64,000 nucleotides of DNA, taken from positions 4,080,093 through 4,144,092 of the forward strand of contig CM119271.1 of the NCBI GenBank assembly GCA_051294375.1, in the 5' to 3' direction. Below are positions 1 through 15,106 of this stretch, piece by piece; positions within the stretch are counted from its first letter, which is position 1, and the number at the start of each line of letters is the position of its first letter. Made by a program: the position numbers and the translations under genes. This DNA is from Paraspadella gotoi. Lineage: Eukaryota; Animalia; Chaetognatha. The notes below the pieces were generated by a model. It had not been told where the DNA came from, did no database searches, and saw only the letters and a list, made by a program, of their open reading frames with translations.

Positions 1-980
1 GAGAGAATGACGTCGAGAAAAGAGGGACGATGGTGAACGTAACTGAAAAAGCGAGACAGAGATAGAGTAGTAGCGTAGGAAAAAGAAAGGGAGTAGGACG
101 GACATGGGGCGAATAAGGGATCTTACGATGAGAAAGAGTGAGACAGAGACAGAGAGAGCGAGAGAGAAGATGGCGTCGATTAATCACTGGAAAGTCGTCG
201 ACCGGACGTTTATAAGAAATTTTATATGCTGAGGCCGTCGATTTCGCGGTGGGGAGAAGGGATGAGGGGTGGGGGGGGTAGCGGGGGTGTGAGAGTGGCG
301 CGTGAATGGTGGTGGTGGGATGGAGGTGAAGAGTAGGATGAAGTGAAAGTTTGGAATCAAAATTTAGCAGTTATATCTTTAAAACTATCGTATTAGTGAA
401 CACTAATCTGTAGTTTTTTTCTTTTTTTTTTACGTATATTTTTTACATTTTTGACCAACTTTAATTTTCAAAAAAAGAATTATACTTTTTTATATCAACT
501 TTTTGCAATGAATCCAAATCCGTTCTTAAAATTAAAAAAATTAATTTTTTAAATTTTAGCCTATTATATACTTATTTAAAAATTATTGATCAACTGTCGA
601 CTGTTATGTACTGTCGGGGAAGTTCATTCCACCTATAAGCTTGACACCTTAAGTCGTAGCTCATTGGGTAATTCCATCGCCATTATGTACTGAGATCGAT
701 CCCCTATGGTACTTACCCTGCGGAAAGCGTGAAGACGGCGGTAAACCGCCTTGGGGGCCCTGAAAATTCTCAAGCCTGGTTCCAAGCCCAAGCCCAAGCC
801 CAAGCCCAAGCCCAAGCGCTGAGATGTTATTGGCGTTAGAGGAGAAATTTTACATTTCAGTGTCTTTCTCAAAACCTTCTCCCTAAAAAAAATATATGAA
901 AACAAAAAACAAGACACTAAAAAAAAAATCTCCCCATTCGTTCTGTTATTATTTCNNNNNNNNNNNNNNNNNNNNNNNNN

Positions 981-1190
981 TCCCATTGGCTTGGACGGCT
1001 AAGGACTCGTTCGCCGAATCGTGAGTTCCGGTTCAATCTCCTGCACGGTCTGCTGGTTAAAGTGTGATGGGTATCGGCTTAAACACGCCAGTGACATTGG
1101 GTGGTCACTGCGCGGTCAGCTGAGCGCCAGCTGTCGGGAGATGCCTCATACCCCAGTGCGCCCATTTATGTTCCTCTTATCCAATAAACT
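981..1190 (+). mobile_element. tRNA-derived SINE-like element, family A (second copy 6085-6290)
   Basis: A-box-like TGGCTTGGACGG and B-box-like GGTTCAATCTCC, followed by a body containing a CAGTGAC...GTCACTG hairpin shared with 31160-31414. Confidence 0.65.
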
Positions 1191-1718
1191 TAATTTTAAC
1201 TAGGAACCGCTGACCCTATACCAATCCCTAAATAATAATCGTATACCCTAACTTAATCCTAACCTCTCCACCTTAAATCCTAAACCCTAATCACTAACTT
1301 AATCCCTAATCCGAAATTTAAGATAAAACTCGGGCGTTCTAAGAAAATAAGGCCCTTTTTTTTTCCTTCCCATCCCCATTTCTCCTCATCCTTTCCTCCC
1401 GTTTCTCTCCAACCTTCTGCTCGATTCGTAGTAAACAATTCTTTCCCTTTTCCATTGAGACTTTGCTCCTTTTCCCCTCTCTCTCCTCCCCCTACTCCCC
1501 CACCTCCTCCCTGCCTCCCCCCCATCTTCTGCCCGGGTCACGGTTTTACAAACCTCGAAAAACCTCTTGGTTGACGTCGGAAGGAATTAAGAGGAGGAAG
1601 GAGGTAGGAGGAGGAGGAGGAGGAAGACAGACGAAAGAGGGGAGAGAAATTTCAAACCTCAAGCGTATGGTAACTTGCTTTCCCCGCGCCTCTCTCTCTC
1701 TCCTCTCTGCTCTCGTCA

Positions 1719-1756
<38 letters not shown>

Positions 1757-4349
1757 GTCCATCTCTCTCTGTCTCTGCTCTCTCTCTCTTGAGGTCGTTA
1801 AGAAAAAAAGAGGATAATAACAGAACGAATGGGGAGATTTTTTTTTATGTCTTGTTTTTTGTTTTCATATAATTTTTTTTAGGGTAGAAGGTTTGTGAAA
1901 AGACAACTGAAATGTAAATTTTCTCCTCTAACTGGCCAAATAACATCTCAAGCGCTGGGCTTTGGGCTGGGCTTGGCTTTGGGCTTGGAACCAAGGCTTG
2001 AGAATTTTCAGGGACCCAAGGCCGGTTTACCCGTCTTCACGTTTCCGCAGGGTAAGTACCCATAGGGGGATCGAGTCTCAGTACATAATGGCGATGGAAT
2101 TACCCCAATGAGCTACGACTTAAGGTGTCAAGCTGTATAGGTGGAATGGAACTTCCCCGACAGTACATAACCAGTCGACAGTTGATCAATTAATTTTTAA
2201 ATAAGTATAATAATAGGAGCTAAAATTTAAAAAATTAATTTTTTTTAATTTAAGATACGGTTTGGAATTCATCTGCAAAAAGTTGTATAATTAAAAAAGT
2301 ATAATTCCTTTTTTGAAAATTAAAGTTGGTCAAAAATGTAAAAATATACGTAAAAAAAAAAAGAAAAAAAACTAGCAGATTATGTATTCACTAATCGATA
2401 GTTTTAAAGATATAACTGCTAAATTGATTCCAAACTTTTCACTTTCATCTACTCTCCACCTTCCATCCCACCACGCGCTCTTTTAGACCATTTCACATGT
2501 TAGACTGTCACTTCATCACACCCCCTGCATAACGCTTCACCTTACCATCATTTCCTTCCGCAGCCCAGAACCGATTTACGCGATAATCGAGGCCTCTAGC
2601 AGATAAACATGTTCTTATAAACGTCCCGGTCGACGACTTTCCTAGTGATTAACTATCGAGGCCTATCCTTCTCTTTCCGTCGCTCTCTCTGTCTCTGTCT
2701 CACTCTGAGTATGGCTCTTATCTCATTGCGTAAGATCCTTGATTCGCCCGACATGGTCGTCTATAGCTTATCCGCCTGTTTTTCGTGTTTCCTACGCATA
2801 AACTTACTATCTCTGTCTCTGCTGTTCAGTTACGTTCTTCACTACATCCGTCCCTCTTTTTCTCCTCAGAACGTCATTCTTCTCTCTCTCTCTCTCTCAT
2901 CCTCTGTCTCTAAATATGCTTTGTCTTCTTCGCTCTCTCTCTCTCTCTTTTTTTCTCTCTCTCTCTCTGGTTTCTTACCCCTTTCCGCTCTTCGCATCTC
3001 CCTGTCCTTTTCCTTTAACCGCAATTCTTTCTAGCTCACTCTGCTGTTGTTTTTTTTTTCTCGCGCATTTTGTCCTCTCTCTCTTCTCTCTCCTCTATCT
3101 CGTTTCTCCTCTTTTTGTTATATTCTCTCTCTTTGTTTTTCTTCACTCAGTTTGTCCTCCTCTCCTCCTTTCTAATCTCCTTTTTCTCCTGTCTCTCTCT
3201 TTCTCCTCATTTGTTTTTTTCCATATAACTTGCTTCTCCCTGCTCAATCTACTGATTCGTCCATCCAAGAGTAACAGTCCTCTTCTTACTAGAATTTATA
3301 TAATCTAACGTAAGCTATGTTTTAATATTTAACTCTTTTGATTTCTCATACTCTCGTCTCGTCGTCGGGGTTATCTCTCTCTTCCTATAGCACTCTCTTA
3401 TATTTTTTCTCTTTCATTTGTCGTCTCCCTTCGCTCTTTCTAATCTTCGCTTCGTCTCCTTCTCTCGTCTCTCCTCGTCTCGATCTCTCTCTCTCTCTCT
3501 TCTCTCCTATCTCTCTCTCTTGTTTTTTCTTCCATTTATTATCTCTTCTTCCCATTCTTATCTCTCTCTCTTCTCTCTTTCTCTCTCTCGTATCTCTTCT
3601 CCTTCCTTCTTTGCTCTTGTCTCTCTCTCTGCGTGCCTCTGCTTCGCTTTTCTCTCCCTCCTCCGAGCCGAGTTTGACCAAGCTTTACGGCAGGTCTATT
3701 TAGGATTCGCCACTAAATCACTAATTCAACCTTTCGCGTCATAACACAATTTGTTCAAAGACAAGACGAGAGGGTTTTCCTTCTTTCTTACTTTTTGGCG
3801 GCATCGAACTACGTGGAAGAATTAATTTACGCCATTTCCGTCCCGATCGGCGGCATCTTCGCCGAAGATTGGTGGAGCCAGAGGCGCTATCCCCGGAGCG
3901 GACGGCATTGCCATCTTCGAACCAATTATCCTTTGCCATCTCCGGCGCCAAGGGTTCGGAGGACGACGGTTTAACGCCTTCGCAAAATCCACGTCGCCTA
4001 CGACGAAACAACAACTTAAAAAAAAAAACACAACCAAAACAAACAAAAAGTAAACAAATACGACAACAACAACAACAAATCGTGCGAGAGAGTGAGAGGC
4101 GGATGTTTGTACGACTTTAACCGGATCAATAATCGCGGAGGATTTTCGGGCGAAGCGAAGCTCAAAGTCTCACCCACAAACAAATATTCTTTTAGTATTT
4201 TTTTTTTCTAGTTTTGCGCGAGAAGGGAGAGCGGCTAAACCGGATGTTAAGAAAAAATTACGACAACCAAAATTGTATTTATGGAAATGCGGTAGGTTAA
4301 CGTCACGGAGATAATTTGATGGCGTTGTATATATACGTATATATTTGGG

Positions 4350-4365
4350 TATCTATCTATCTATC

Positions 4366-4396
<31 letters not shown>

Positions 4397-4431
4397 CTAT
4401 CTATATATGTATATATACGTATATATTTGCG

Positions 4432-4493
<62 letters not shown>

Positions 4494-4730
4494 CCTAATC
4501 TAACTATCTATTATCTATCTAATCTAACTATCTAATCTTACTATCTAATTTATCTAATCTAACTATTTAATCTATCTAATGTAACTATTTAATCTATCTA
4601 ATGTAACTATCTAATCTATCTAATGTAACTATCTAATCTATCTAATCTAATCTATCTAATCTAACTATCTAATCTAACTATCTAATCTAATTATCTAATC
4701 TAACTATCTAATCGATCTATCAATCAATCA
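4350..4730 (+). repeat. (TATC)n microsatellite grading into (ATCTA/AACTATCTA)n; inverted copy at 5055-5365
   Basis: Directly visible. Confidence 0.9.
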
Positions 4731-6815
4731 CTCCATCTACATTTTTATATTTATCTATTCTATGAATTATTCATGTTTAGGAAAAGAGGAAAGAGGAAAA
4801 GAAGGACTTCCCCCCTCCCCTTAAAAAAAAAAAAAGAANNNNNNNNNNNNNNNNNNNNNNNNNTCCAAACCCCGTCGAAAATTTTCACTGACTTCTCTTT
4901 TTTTTCCTTTTTTTTTAAAATTTATGCGTCTCATCTGCTTTTTTTAATTTTTTTTTTTTTTTTAAGGGAGGGGGGAAGTCCTTCTTTTCCCTCTTTCCTT
5001 CTTTTCCTAACATGAATAATTCATATAATAGATACAATATAAACATGTAGATGGAGTGATTGATTGATAGAATCGTTAATTGGTTAGATTAGATAATTAG
5101 ATTAGATAGTTAGATTAGATAGTTAGATTAGATAGCATTAGATTAGATAGATTAGATGTTACATTAGATAGATTAGATAGTACATTAGATAGATTAATAG
5201 TTACATTAGATAGAATAAAATAGTTAGATTAGATAAATTTAGATAGTAAGATTAGAATAGTTAGATTTAGGAATAGATAATAGAAGTTAGTATTAGGTAG
5301 ATAGATAGATAGATAGATAGGATAGATAGATAAGATAAATAGATAGAATAGATGATAGATGATAAACAAGATATAATACGATATTATACAACGTGTCGAT
5401 TCAATATTTATTCTCCGTGACGTTTTAAATCCGGTCTATCCGCATTTCCATAAATACAATTTTGGGTTGTCGGTAATTTTTTTTCTTAACCATCCGGTTT
5501 AGCCCGCTCTCCTTCTCAGCGCAAAACTAGTAAAAAAAATACTAAAAGAATATTTGTTTGTTGGGTGAGACTTTGGAGTTTCGCTTCGCCCGAAATCCTC
5601 CGCGATTATTGATCCGGTTAAAGTCGTACAAACATCCGCGGCTCTGTCTCACTCTCTCGCTCGATTTGTTGTTGTTGTTGTCCGTATTTGTTTACTTTTG
5701 TTTGTTTTGGTTTGTGTTTTTGTTTTTAAGTTTGTTGTTATCGTCGTATGGCGACGTGGATTTTTGGCGAAGGGCGTTAAACCGTCGTCTCCGAACCCTT
5801 GGCGCCGGAGATGGCAAAGGATAATTGGTTCGAAGATGGCAAATGCCGTCGCTCCGGGGATAGCGCCTCTGGCTGCCACCAATCTCGGCGAAGATGCCGC
5901 CGATCGGGACGTAAAGTGGCGTAATTAATTCTCCACGTAGTTCGATGCCGCCAAAAAGTAAGAAAGAAGGAAAACCCTCTCGTCTTGTTTTGAAAATTGA
6001 TGTTATGACGCGAAAAGGTTGAATAGTGATTTAGTGGCGAATCCTAAATAGACCTGCCGTAAAGCTTTGGTCAAACTCGGCTCGTCCCATTGGCTTGGAC
6101 GCTAAGGACTCGTTCGCCGAATCGTGAGTTCCCGGTTCAATCTCCTGCACGTCTGCTGGTTAAAGAGTGTGAATGGTATCGGCTTAAACACGCCAGTGAC
6201 ATTGGGTGGTCACTGCGGGTCATGAGCGCCAGCTGTCGGGAGATGCTCATACCGCCAGTGCGCCCATTTATGTTCTTTATCGCAATAAATTAATTTTAAC
6301 TAGGAAACGCGAGCTGACCGACTAACCAATCCTAAATAATAATCGTATACCCTAACTTTAATTCCTAACACTCTCACCTTAAATCCTAAAACCCTAATCA
6401 TAACTTAATCCCTAATCCGAAATTTAAGATAAAATCGGGCGTTCTAAGAAAATAAGGCCCTTTTTTTTTCCTTCCATCCCCATTTCTCCTCATCCTTTCC
6501 TCCCGTTTCTCTCCACCTTCTGCTCGATTCGTAGTAACACAATTCCTTTCCCTTTTCCATTGAGACTTTGTCCTTTTCCTCCTCTCTCTCCTCCCCCTAC
6601 TCCCCCACCTCTCCCTGCCTCCCCCCCATCTTCTGCCGGTCACGGTTTTACACCTCGAAAAACCTCTTGTTGACAGTCGGAAGGAATTAAAGAGGAGGAG
6701 GAGGTAGGAGGAGGAGGAGGAAGGAAGAAGCGAAAGAGGGAGAGAAATTTCAACCTCAACGTTGTACTTGCTTTTCCCCCGCGCCTTCTCTCTCTCTCTC
6801 TCTCTGCTCTCGTCA

Positions 6816-6853
<38 letters not shown>

Positions 6854-9273
6854 GTCCATCTCTCTCTGTCTCTGCTCTCTCTCTCTTGAGGTCGTTAAGA
6901 AAAAAAGAGGATAATAACAGAACGAATGGGGAGATTTTTTTTTATGTCTTGTTTTTTGTTTTCATATAATTTTTTTTAGGGTAGAAGGTTTGTGAAAAGA
7001 CAACTGAAATGTAAATTTTCTCCTCTAACTGGCCAAATAACATCTCAAGCGCTGGGCTTTGGGCTGGGCTTGGCTTTGGGCTTGGAACCAAGGCTTGAGA
7101 ATTTTCAGGGACCCAAGGCCGGTTTACCCGTCTTCACGTTTCCGCAGGGTAAGTACCCATAGGGGGATCGAGTCTCAGTACATAATGGCGATGGAATTAC
7201 CCCAATGAGCTACGACTTAAGGTGTCAAGCTGTATAGGTGGAATGGAACTTCCCCGACAGTACATAACCAGTCGACAGTTGATCAATTAATTTTTAAATA
7301 AGTATAATAATAGGAGCTAAAATTTAAAAAATTAATTTTTTTTAATTTAAGATACGGTTTGGAATTCATCTGCAAAAAGTTGTATAATTAAAAAAGTATA
7401 ATTCCTTTTTTGAAAATTAAAGTTGGTCAAAAATGTAAAAATATACGTAAAAAAAAAAAGAAAAAAAACTAGCAGATTATGTATTCACTAATCGATAGTT
7501 TTAAAGATATAACTGCTAAATTGATTCCAAACTTTTCACTTTCATCTACTCTCCACCTTCCATCCCACCACGCGCTCTTTTAGACCATTTCACATGTTAG
7601 ACTGTCACTTCATCACACCCCCTGCATAACGCTTCACCTTACCATCATTTCCTTCCGCAGCCCAGAACCGATTTACGCGATAATCGAGGCCTCTAGCAGA
7701 TAAACATGTTCTTATAAACGTCCCGGTCGACGACTTTCCTAGTGATTAACTATCGAGGCCTATCCTTCTCTTTCCGTCGCTCTCTCTGTCTCTGTCTCAC
7801 TCTGAGTATGGCTCTTATCTCATTGCGTAAGATCCTTGATTCGCCCGACATGGTCGTCTATAGCTTATCCGCCTGTTTTTCGTGTTTCCTACGCATAAAC
7901 TTACTATCTCTGTCTCTGCTGTTCAGTTACGTTCTTCACTACATCCGTCCCTCTTTTTCTCCTCAGAACGTCATTCTTCTCTCTCTCTCTCTCTCATCCT
8001 CTGTCTCTAAATATGCTTTGTCTTCTTCGCTCTCTCTCTCTCTCTTTTTTTCTCTCTCTCTCTCTGGTTTCTTACCCCTTTCCGCTCTTCGCATCTCCCT
8101 GTCCTTTTCCTTTAACCGCAATTCTTTCTAGCTCACTCTGCTGTTGTTTTTTTTTTCTCGCGCATTTTGTCCTCTCTCTCTTCTCTCTCCTCTATCTCGT
8201 TTCTCCTCTTTTTGTTATATTCTCTCTCTTTGTTTTTCTTCACTCAGTTTGTCCTCCTCTCCTCCTTTCTAATCTCCTTTTTCTCCTGTCTCTCTCTTTC
8301 TCCTCATTTGTTTTTTTCCATATAACTTGCTTCTCCCTGCTCAATCTACTGATTCGTCCATCCAAGAGTAACAGTCCTCTTCTTACTAGAATTTATATAA
8401 TCTAACGTAAGCTATGTTTTAATATTTAACTCTTTTGATTTCTCATACTCTCGTCTCGTCGTCGGGGTTATCTCTCTCTTCCTATAGCACTCTCTTATAT
8501 TTTTTCTCTTTCATTTGTCGTCTCCCTTCGCTCTTTCTAATCTTCGCTTCGTCTCCTTCTCTCGTCTCTCCTCGTCTCGATCTCTCTCTCTCTCTCTTCT
8601 CTCCTATCTCTCTCTCTTGTTTTTTCTTCCATTTATTATCTCTTCTTCCCATTCTTATCTCTCTCTCTTCTCTCTTTCTCTCTCTCGTATCTCTTCTCCT
8701 TCCTTCTTTGCTCTTGTCTCTCTCTCTGCGTGCCTCTGCTTCGCTTTTCTCTCCCTCCTCTTGAGAGGGGCCATGAGGAATCTAGGAGGAGGGAATGTTA
8801 ATAGCGGGACGTTGTGAACCATCCTCGTCAAAAGAAGTAAGTGCGAAAAGCCAAGAACGGGAATGTCAACGACAATATTAGTAATAAGATACGAGACGAT
8901 CGATGTTGCGCAGATTTTGGAAATGCGACTTTTATCATGTGGAATTAGATCTCGGTAGGTGTTAATTCTCTCTTGGTAAGTTAACGAGAGAAATGCTGCA
9001 TCGGTACTTTCCTTACTTACCAGACTCAAGAGAAAGAGTGACCCGTCACGAAAAGGGTGCTTACGTGCTAATGCTTGCCTGCTTGCGTGCTTGTCTAGTT
9101 TTGATCGAGAATCGTACTGATCGGTGACGAGAAGGGGAGGAAAGATTTTGAAAAAAAAAAAACCTCACAGAGACGGACAGATGGATTTTCTCCTCGTGAC
9201 ATCGGAATTTCCTTTTCTTCTTTAATCTCAAACGAGTTCCTCAATTTTNNNNNNNNNNNNNNNNNNNNNNNNN

Positions 9274-9277
9274 CTTC

Positions 9278-9312
<35 letters not shown>

Positions 9313-9326
9313 CTCTCTCTTCTCTC

Positions 9327-9363
<37 letters not shown>

Positions 9364-12300
9364 GCTCTCTTTCTTTCTCCTTCTCTTTTCTTGCCTTTTT
9401 TTGTCTCAAGTCCATAAAGAGAGAAAAATTAGAGAAGTCTGTGGAATGAAGGAAAGGGGAAAGAGAGAGAGAGAAGAGAGAGAGAGAGACGAGAGAGAGG
9501 AGAAGAGAGAGAGAAGAGAGAGAGAGAGAGAACAAGAAAGGTGAACACTCAAATAATTTATTGCAGCGAGCTCTTCTGAATTCTTGGAAAAAACTAAAAA
9601 AATTTACAATTAATATAAAACCACTTCTTTACATGCAAAAATTAAGAAACCTGCATAAATGCATATATTTTTTGTGGAAACGCAAATATTAAACGAAAGT
9701 TTTAGTCAATTTAAACCGCAATGGTCGGTAAATTTTTTTATTTTTGTTCTTAAAAAGTCATTAATCCTTATGTCTGTGTCTAATGTGACATGTTAAGGAA
9801 AGCGGACCTTACGTCGTGAGGTCGCATAAGTTAAGTTTAAAACAGCAACAAGCGATTTGCTTTATACTAATGGATGCCTTTAGGCCAATGTTGATTTTTT
9901 TTTTTTTCATATTTGCATATTCTTGCAGAAAAAAAAAAGTTGATTCAAAATTTAAGAAGATATAGTAAAAAATCCATTAGAGCATTAAAATAACAAAAGC
10001 ATAAAACTTTTAACGTTATCAGAAATATCTTTTTTTTTATTCTTAAAAGAGTTTTCCAAATCGGTACTACTATTTTTAAAAGCTACCCATTTCTGTTCTA
10101 ATACTTGTACTCGATTTTAAATCAAATAATCTAATCAATTCTTCCTAAATATTTAAAAAAGTAATTCCAAATACTAACCCCTTATCTAACCTAACCAAAT
10201 CCTTAAACCATTTCCTTATATCTAAACTTAATCTGTAAAGCGATACCCTTGAACCTTCGACCTTGATGTTAAACACAACCCCTAACCTTTAAACCAAGTC
10301 TCTAACCAAATCCTTAACTTAATGCTATCTCTAACGCCCTAACCTTAATGCTATATCTAGCCTTTTAACGCTAATCCTTAAACCTTAAAAACTAATTTAA
10401 TTTTAAATTAAAACGTATTGGGGTACTTTTTGGAAAAAATATAAACACATATTACAATATAGTCTCTAATTTTTTAATTTTGTTTTTTCAATATCGGAGA
10501 AGGGAGCTCCTTCTTTTCTCTTCCGTCCCTCTCTGTCAATATTGTCTCGCTTTCTTTCCTTCTTCGCTATTATATTCGTAGCATTTATAATATAAATGTA
10601 ATCTTCTATATTTCAATATTATTCAATATACAATACAGTAAGATAACAATTTCTTTCGGCCATATACAATAAAAATATAACAATCTGAAGTAAATACACT
10701 AAATCTAACTTCGCTAAAAAACAAAAATTAAATTCAATTTTCAATAGCAAAACAACAACAACAACACGACAAACGACAACAAAAAAAAAAAACCTAAACG
10801 TAGAAGCAAATCAAAAGTCCAAAACTCAAAAGGGAAAAAGGAAAAAAAATAATAATCGATCCCCTGAGTGACGTCATCGACGCAACACTCAAAAAAAAAA
10901 AACTCTTCATTTTTCTTAGCAACGTCATTGTTTGAGAGTCCTTGTTACCGGTAAATCCTCAAGAGTCGACGTCGTCGTCGTCGTCGTCGTCGGTCGTCGT
11001 CGTCGTCCGTCGTCGTCGTCGTCGTCGTCGTCAAATACACGAACTTTCGCGACGAACAATCGTTTCTCTCTAACCTCTCTGTCCTCTATATCTCTTCTGT
11101 CTCACTAATGTCACCCTCTCACATTTTTTTTTTCCAATTTAATTTTATCGCGATACAACGACAAGAAAAATAAAAAAAGGTCAATAAAAAAAAAGACGAA
11201 ACTAAATAAAAACCCAAAAAATAAGAATAACGAGAATCGGAAACCAATTATTTATAATACAAAATCGTCGCGAATAGATATAAAATTTTTATATATATTC
11301 TCCATTTCTAATCGACAAAAAAAAAAAACAAACTCTCCAACGGAAAAAAAAAAAAGCTTTTAAGCAAGAGTTAAAAGTAAACAAAATCGAGATTAATTCA
11401 AAAAATAAACTATTTTAAAAAAAATACCCGTTCTTGACGATCAATAACGAAGATAAAAAACAAACATCAACGTAAACAAATGACATCGCCGTTCGGACTT
11501 TTTTTCGTTGTTTATTGACGACGAATTTGTTCCGTCCATCGTCGCCTGAAGATTCCCCACGGTTGCGGCAACCGAATAGCAACCGATGCTGCATCTGTGC
11601 CAACGACGAGCAGGTCAGATGCAGCGACAGATTCACTAACGGATGCATCAACGTAGCAGTGACGATGCTGCTACAAGATTCGACAAACAGAAGCAGTAAA
11701 CCGAAGTTACGACGGCCTGCGGCAACAGAAGCAGTAACCGAAGTACGACGGCTGCGGCAACAGAAGCCAGCTACGGATGCAAGCAACCAGAAGGAGACGA
11801 CGGCGGCGCGACACTGCGCAACAGATGCGGCGACAAACGCGACAGATGCCGTCACGGAAGAAATAACAACGCGGACCGTCGACGACGCCGACCGTTCACC
11901 GATGGCCGAAGACACGCAGCGCCGCGACTACAGCGCCGACGACCAAGCGACGCACCGGCCGCGCCGCCGCATCGTCCTCACATGACGCTCACCATGCCGA
12001 CTTTCGAAGGTCGAGTGCGAGAAGGTGAAGGCGAAGTTTGACGAGGCGACCCAAACGAGACCGATGCGACGACGACGATGGCGAAGACGACGATGGGCGA
12101 CGACGACGATGGCGAACGACGACGATGGCGACACGACGGATGGCGACGACAGACGATGGCGGCCGGACGACGATGGCGGCCGTGGACGACGACGCAGAGG
12201 CGCATGGCGACGACGACATAGGGCGTCTGCAACATCAAGAGGTTGCGAGGGGAACGTCGGACGGAGCAAGCGACGAACGGCAGCTGCCTCCCCACGTCAG

Positions 12301-14867
12301 ACGCCCCCCGCCTGCCGTCACCACCCTCAGCCGAACAGGCGTCGGGAAGCGGGGCAGGCAGGCGGAGGCGTCGACGGCGGCAGCGAGAAGGCGGTGAACG
12401 AGAAGACGTTCCTCGAAGACGCACGAAAGGCGTGGACGAAATTCGTAGAGGACGCTGGCGGCGTCAACGCGACGCCCAAAAATAACTGCGGTTAGTCAAG
12501 GAGGAGGGGGAGGGGGGAGGGGAGGAGGAGGAGAGGAGGAGGAGAGGAAAGAGGAGGTTGAAGGCAAGTATCCGTCAGAATAAAAGCCTTCCCGCCTGGC
12601 GGGTGCTAGGGTCGACGCCCGGGGAGGTATACCTAAGGATATGCCTCTGGGGTGGGCAAAAACCTATAAACCTCGGTGTGTCCCCCAAGGGGGATCAGTT
12701 TCTTTAGCATTTAGGGGCAGACCTAAATGCAGATCCCTTTGAGGTTCAAAAAATGCTTTTCGACCAGGGGTAACCCCTAATATAAAAATGTTTATATAAT
12801 AACCCCTTGGGGCTAGTCTTCCTATTATAGTAAAGTACCAGGCTTCTTAATCAAGTAGGTTTTATTGTTCCCACAAAGAATTAGCATTGGGAACGCCCTT
12901 GTAAAAGTCAAAAATTCTATTCACGAAGGGGTAACCCCTTAGTATAGTGCATTAATAGGGGCACTCTAAATGATTAAAAATGTTTTCCCCTTGGGATAGA
13001 CTGCCCAGGGGGCAGCCTCTTTAATCGTCCCAAGGGGAAGGCTTTTGGAGCGACGGTATATTCTCGTTGAAGGCGGAGGTGTAAATTGCATTGGAACGTT
13101 GCGGATTCAAGATGAGATTGGTATATAAAACTGAATAAAAAAGTACAAATATTTAACAATACCTAAATATTTGAGAACGAGAATTTAACAAAAGCAAATT
13201 TAAAATTCAGCAATGAAAGTTTCAAAATTGATAACTTGTGAATTATGATAAATGATTATGACGAATATTTTGATGATGATTGATGATGATGAGTTGCTGA
13301 TGATGAGATATGTTGCTGATGATGACTAAGATTTTTATAATGATGATGATGATAATAATAATCTTGATATTTCAATCAATAATCTCCCCCTCGATGCCTA
13401 CCCCGAATCGCGATCTCTCAACCCCCAACCCCCACAGGTGTACTGCGGGTCGATCTCCCTCGACCTCACCGTCGCCGCCAGCTCCCCGTCCGAAGCAGCC
13501 CTCAGGATGGCAATGGAGGCCAAAGCGGACGAGGCGCCTTCGACATCTCAAGGCTTCGAAGTCTTGCCGAGGGGAGATCACGGCTGAAGTCCAGTGGGCA
13601 AGGCCGAAGGTGAGGCTTTCATTTGTTTGTTGTTGTTGTTGTGTTTGTACATAAAAACTGGAGAATTAGGCCGATGGTAAATGTCACATCATCATTACTA
13701 TGGTGTGGTTGTAACTTTGTTGGAAGTGGTTTTATGTACAAGAAAATGATACGATTAAAACAATGAGAAAAACCATTGTAGGGAACGCCAGGTACACCTG
13801 GGAGTGAATAAACAGACTGTGAGAGAGCTGATTTGAAAAAACTTGCCGGGAACAGCTATAAGAGCCTAACCTAGCCATAGCCGATGAAATTTTAAACAAA
13901 AATAATCTATCATGAGCATAGATTATAGTATTAAAATACTTTTTTGTCAAAATGCTTTCTTCTGATGTACTGCCAATTACTATATTAGAGAATTTTTTTT
14001 TAGTCTTTTAATTTTTGATGATTCTGATAGCGCAATAAAAAGTTAAACGAGAAATATAAGTAAACAGCAGCCTTTTCAAAATTTCTACATTTCTCTGAAA
14101 AATTTAAAAAAACTGGATAAATCATCGAAAGATGATGATAGAGATAATTTTTTTTTCCGTTTTTCTTATTTTACCTACTTATCATAAATTATATTTAAAA
14201 AGAATTATAGCTTAATATAGACAAATTTAATTATGAATCTGGTCTTAAAAATTTACAAATCCTCCAAAAATATTGCCTTTCCCATCTATAAATAAATATT
14301 TAAAAATTAATTAACTAGGGTAATAGAGCCATACTAAAATTTTTTTGACTACTCCCATTGAGTGAAGCTCCTACTTAAACCATCCACAAGCCTGTCCAAA
14401 GTAAGGGCAAGATAGCTTTAATTTAGATTAAATGAAAGGATAAATTTTTATATTGGTTGTACCAAACCGAAGAAGTGAGAAGAGTCTCCGTAAATTCTAC
14501 GAACGGGTACTTGTCTTGGAACAAGGCTTTGGGGTCGCTCGCTTACGGCTGGCCTCCCTCCCATCTAGACAACCATTAGTATTTTTCTTTTAAAATCAAT
14601 CGTTTTAAAAGAAAATTTCGGAAAAAACGTCTTTGAACTTACCCCAACCAACGTCATTTTATTTTTTGTCCCTGATGTTAATGTTAAGTCTTAAGATATC
14701 ATATTTTCTCGCGTCAAGAGTTTTTTTTCTTTACGGGATCGATTTTTGCTTTTTCTCAAACAACAAAGAATCATTGAAAAAAACTCAGGCTAACGCATTT
14801 TTTTTTCCTCGTTTCTACCTCTGTTCGTTTTTTTTTCCCCTTTGAACGCAGAGAGAGAGAAGAGAGA

Positions 14868-14945
<78 letters not shown>

Positions 14946-15062
14946 AAGAAATCGATAGAAGAGAAAACTTTCCGTTCTCAATACGCAATCATGCTTGTTG
15001 ATTCCGTTGAAGAGGAAGCAAACATCGGGAAAATAAACAGGGCGGGCGGTACCACATTGTTA

Positions 15063-15106
<44 letters not shown>

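Larger units (their letters stand above)
981..8760. repeat. Direct duplicate (981-3662 about equal to 6085-8760) flanking a 2.4-kb palindrome (3663-6084); 1-955 is an inverted copy of about 1806-2885
   Basis: ORFs 2645/7742 and 2916/8013 translate identically. 3663 begins cgagccgagtttgacc and 6084 ends ggtcaaactcggctcg, with the N gap 4839-4863 near the centre. Confidence 0.9.

Noticed and set aside
1-8760. Large inverted repeats as a real palindrome or foldback transposon
   Set aside because: Arms differ by read-like indels, abut 25-N gaps, and part of the direct duplicate appears base-identical; a fold-back read or gap-fill chimera is more parsimonious.
2645-9535. Hydrophobic Leu/Ser- or Arg/Glu-rich ORFs (also 14.6-15.2, 17.7-19.4 and 24.5-25.3 kb)
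   Set aside because: They are products of (CT)n, (AG)n and (AAAG)n microsatellites.
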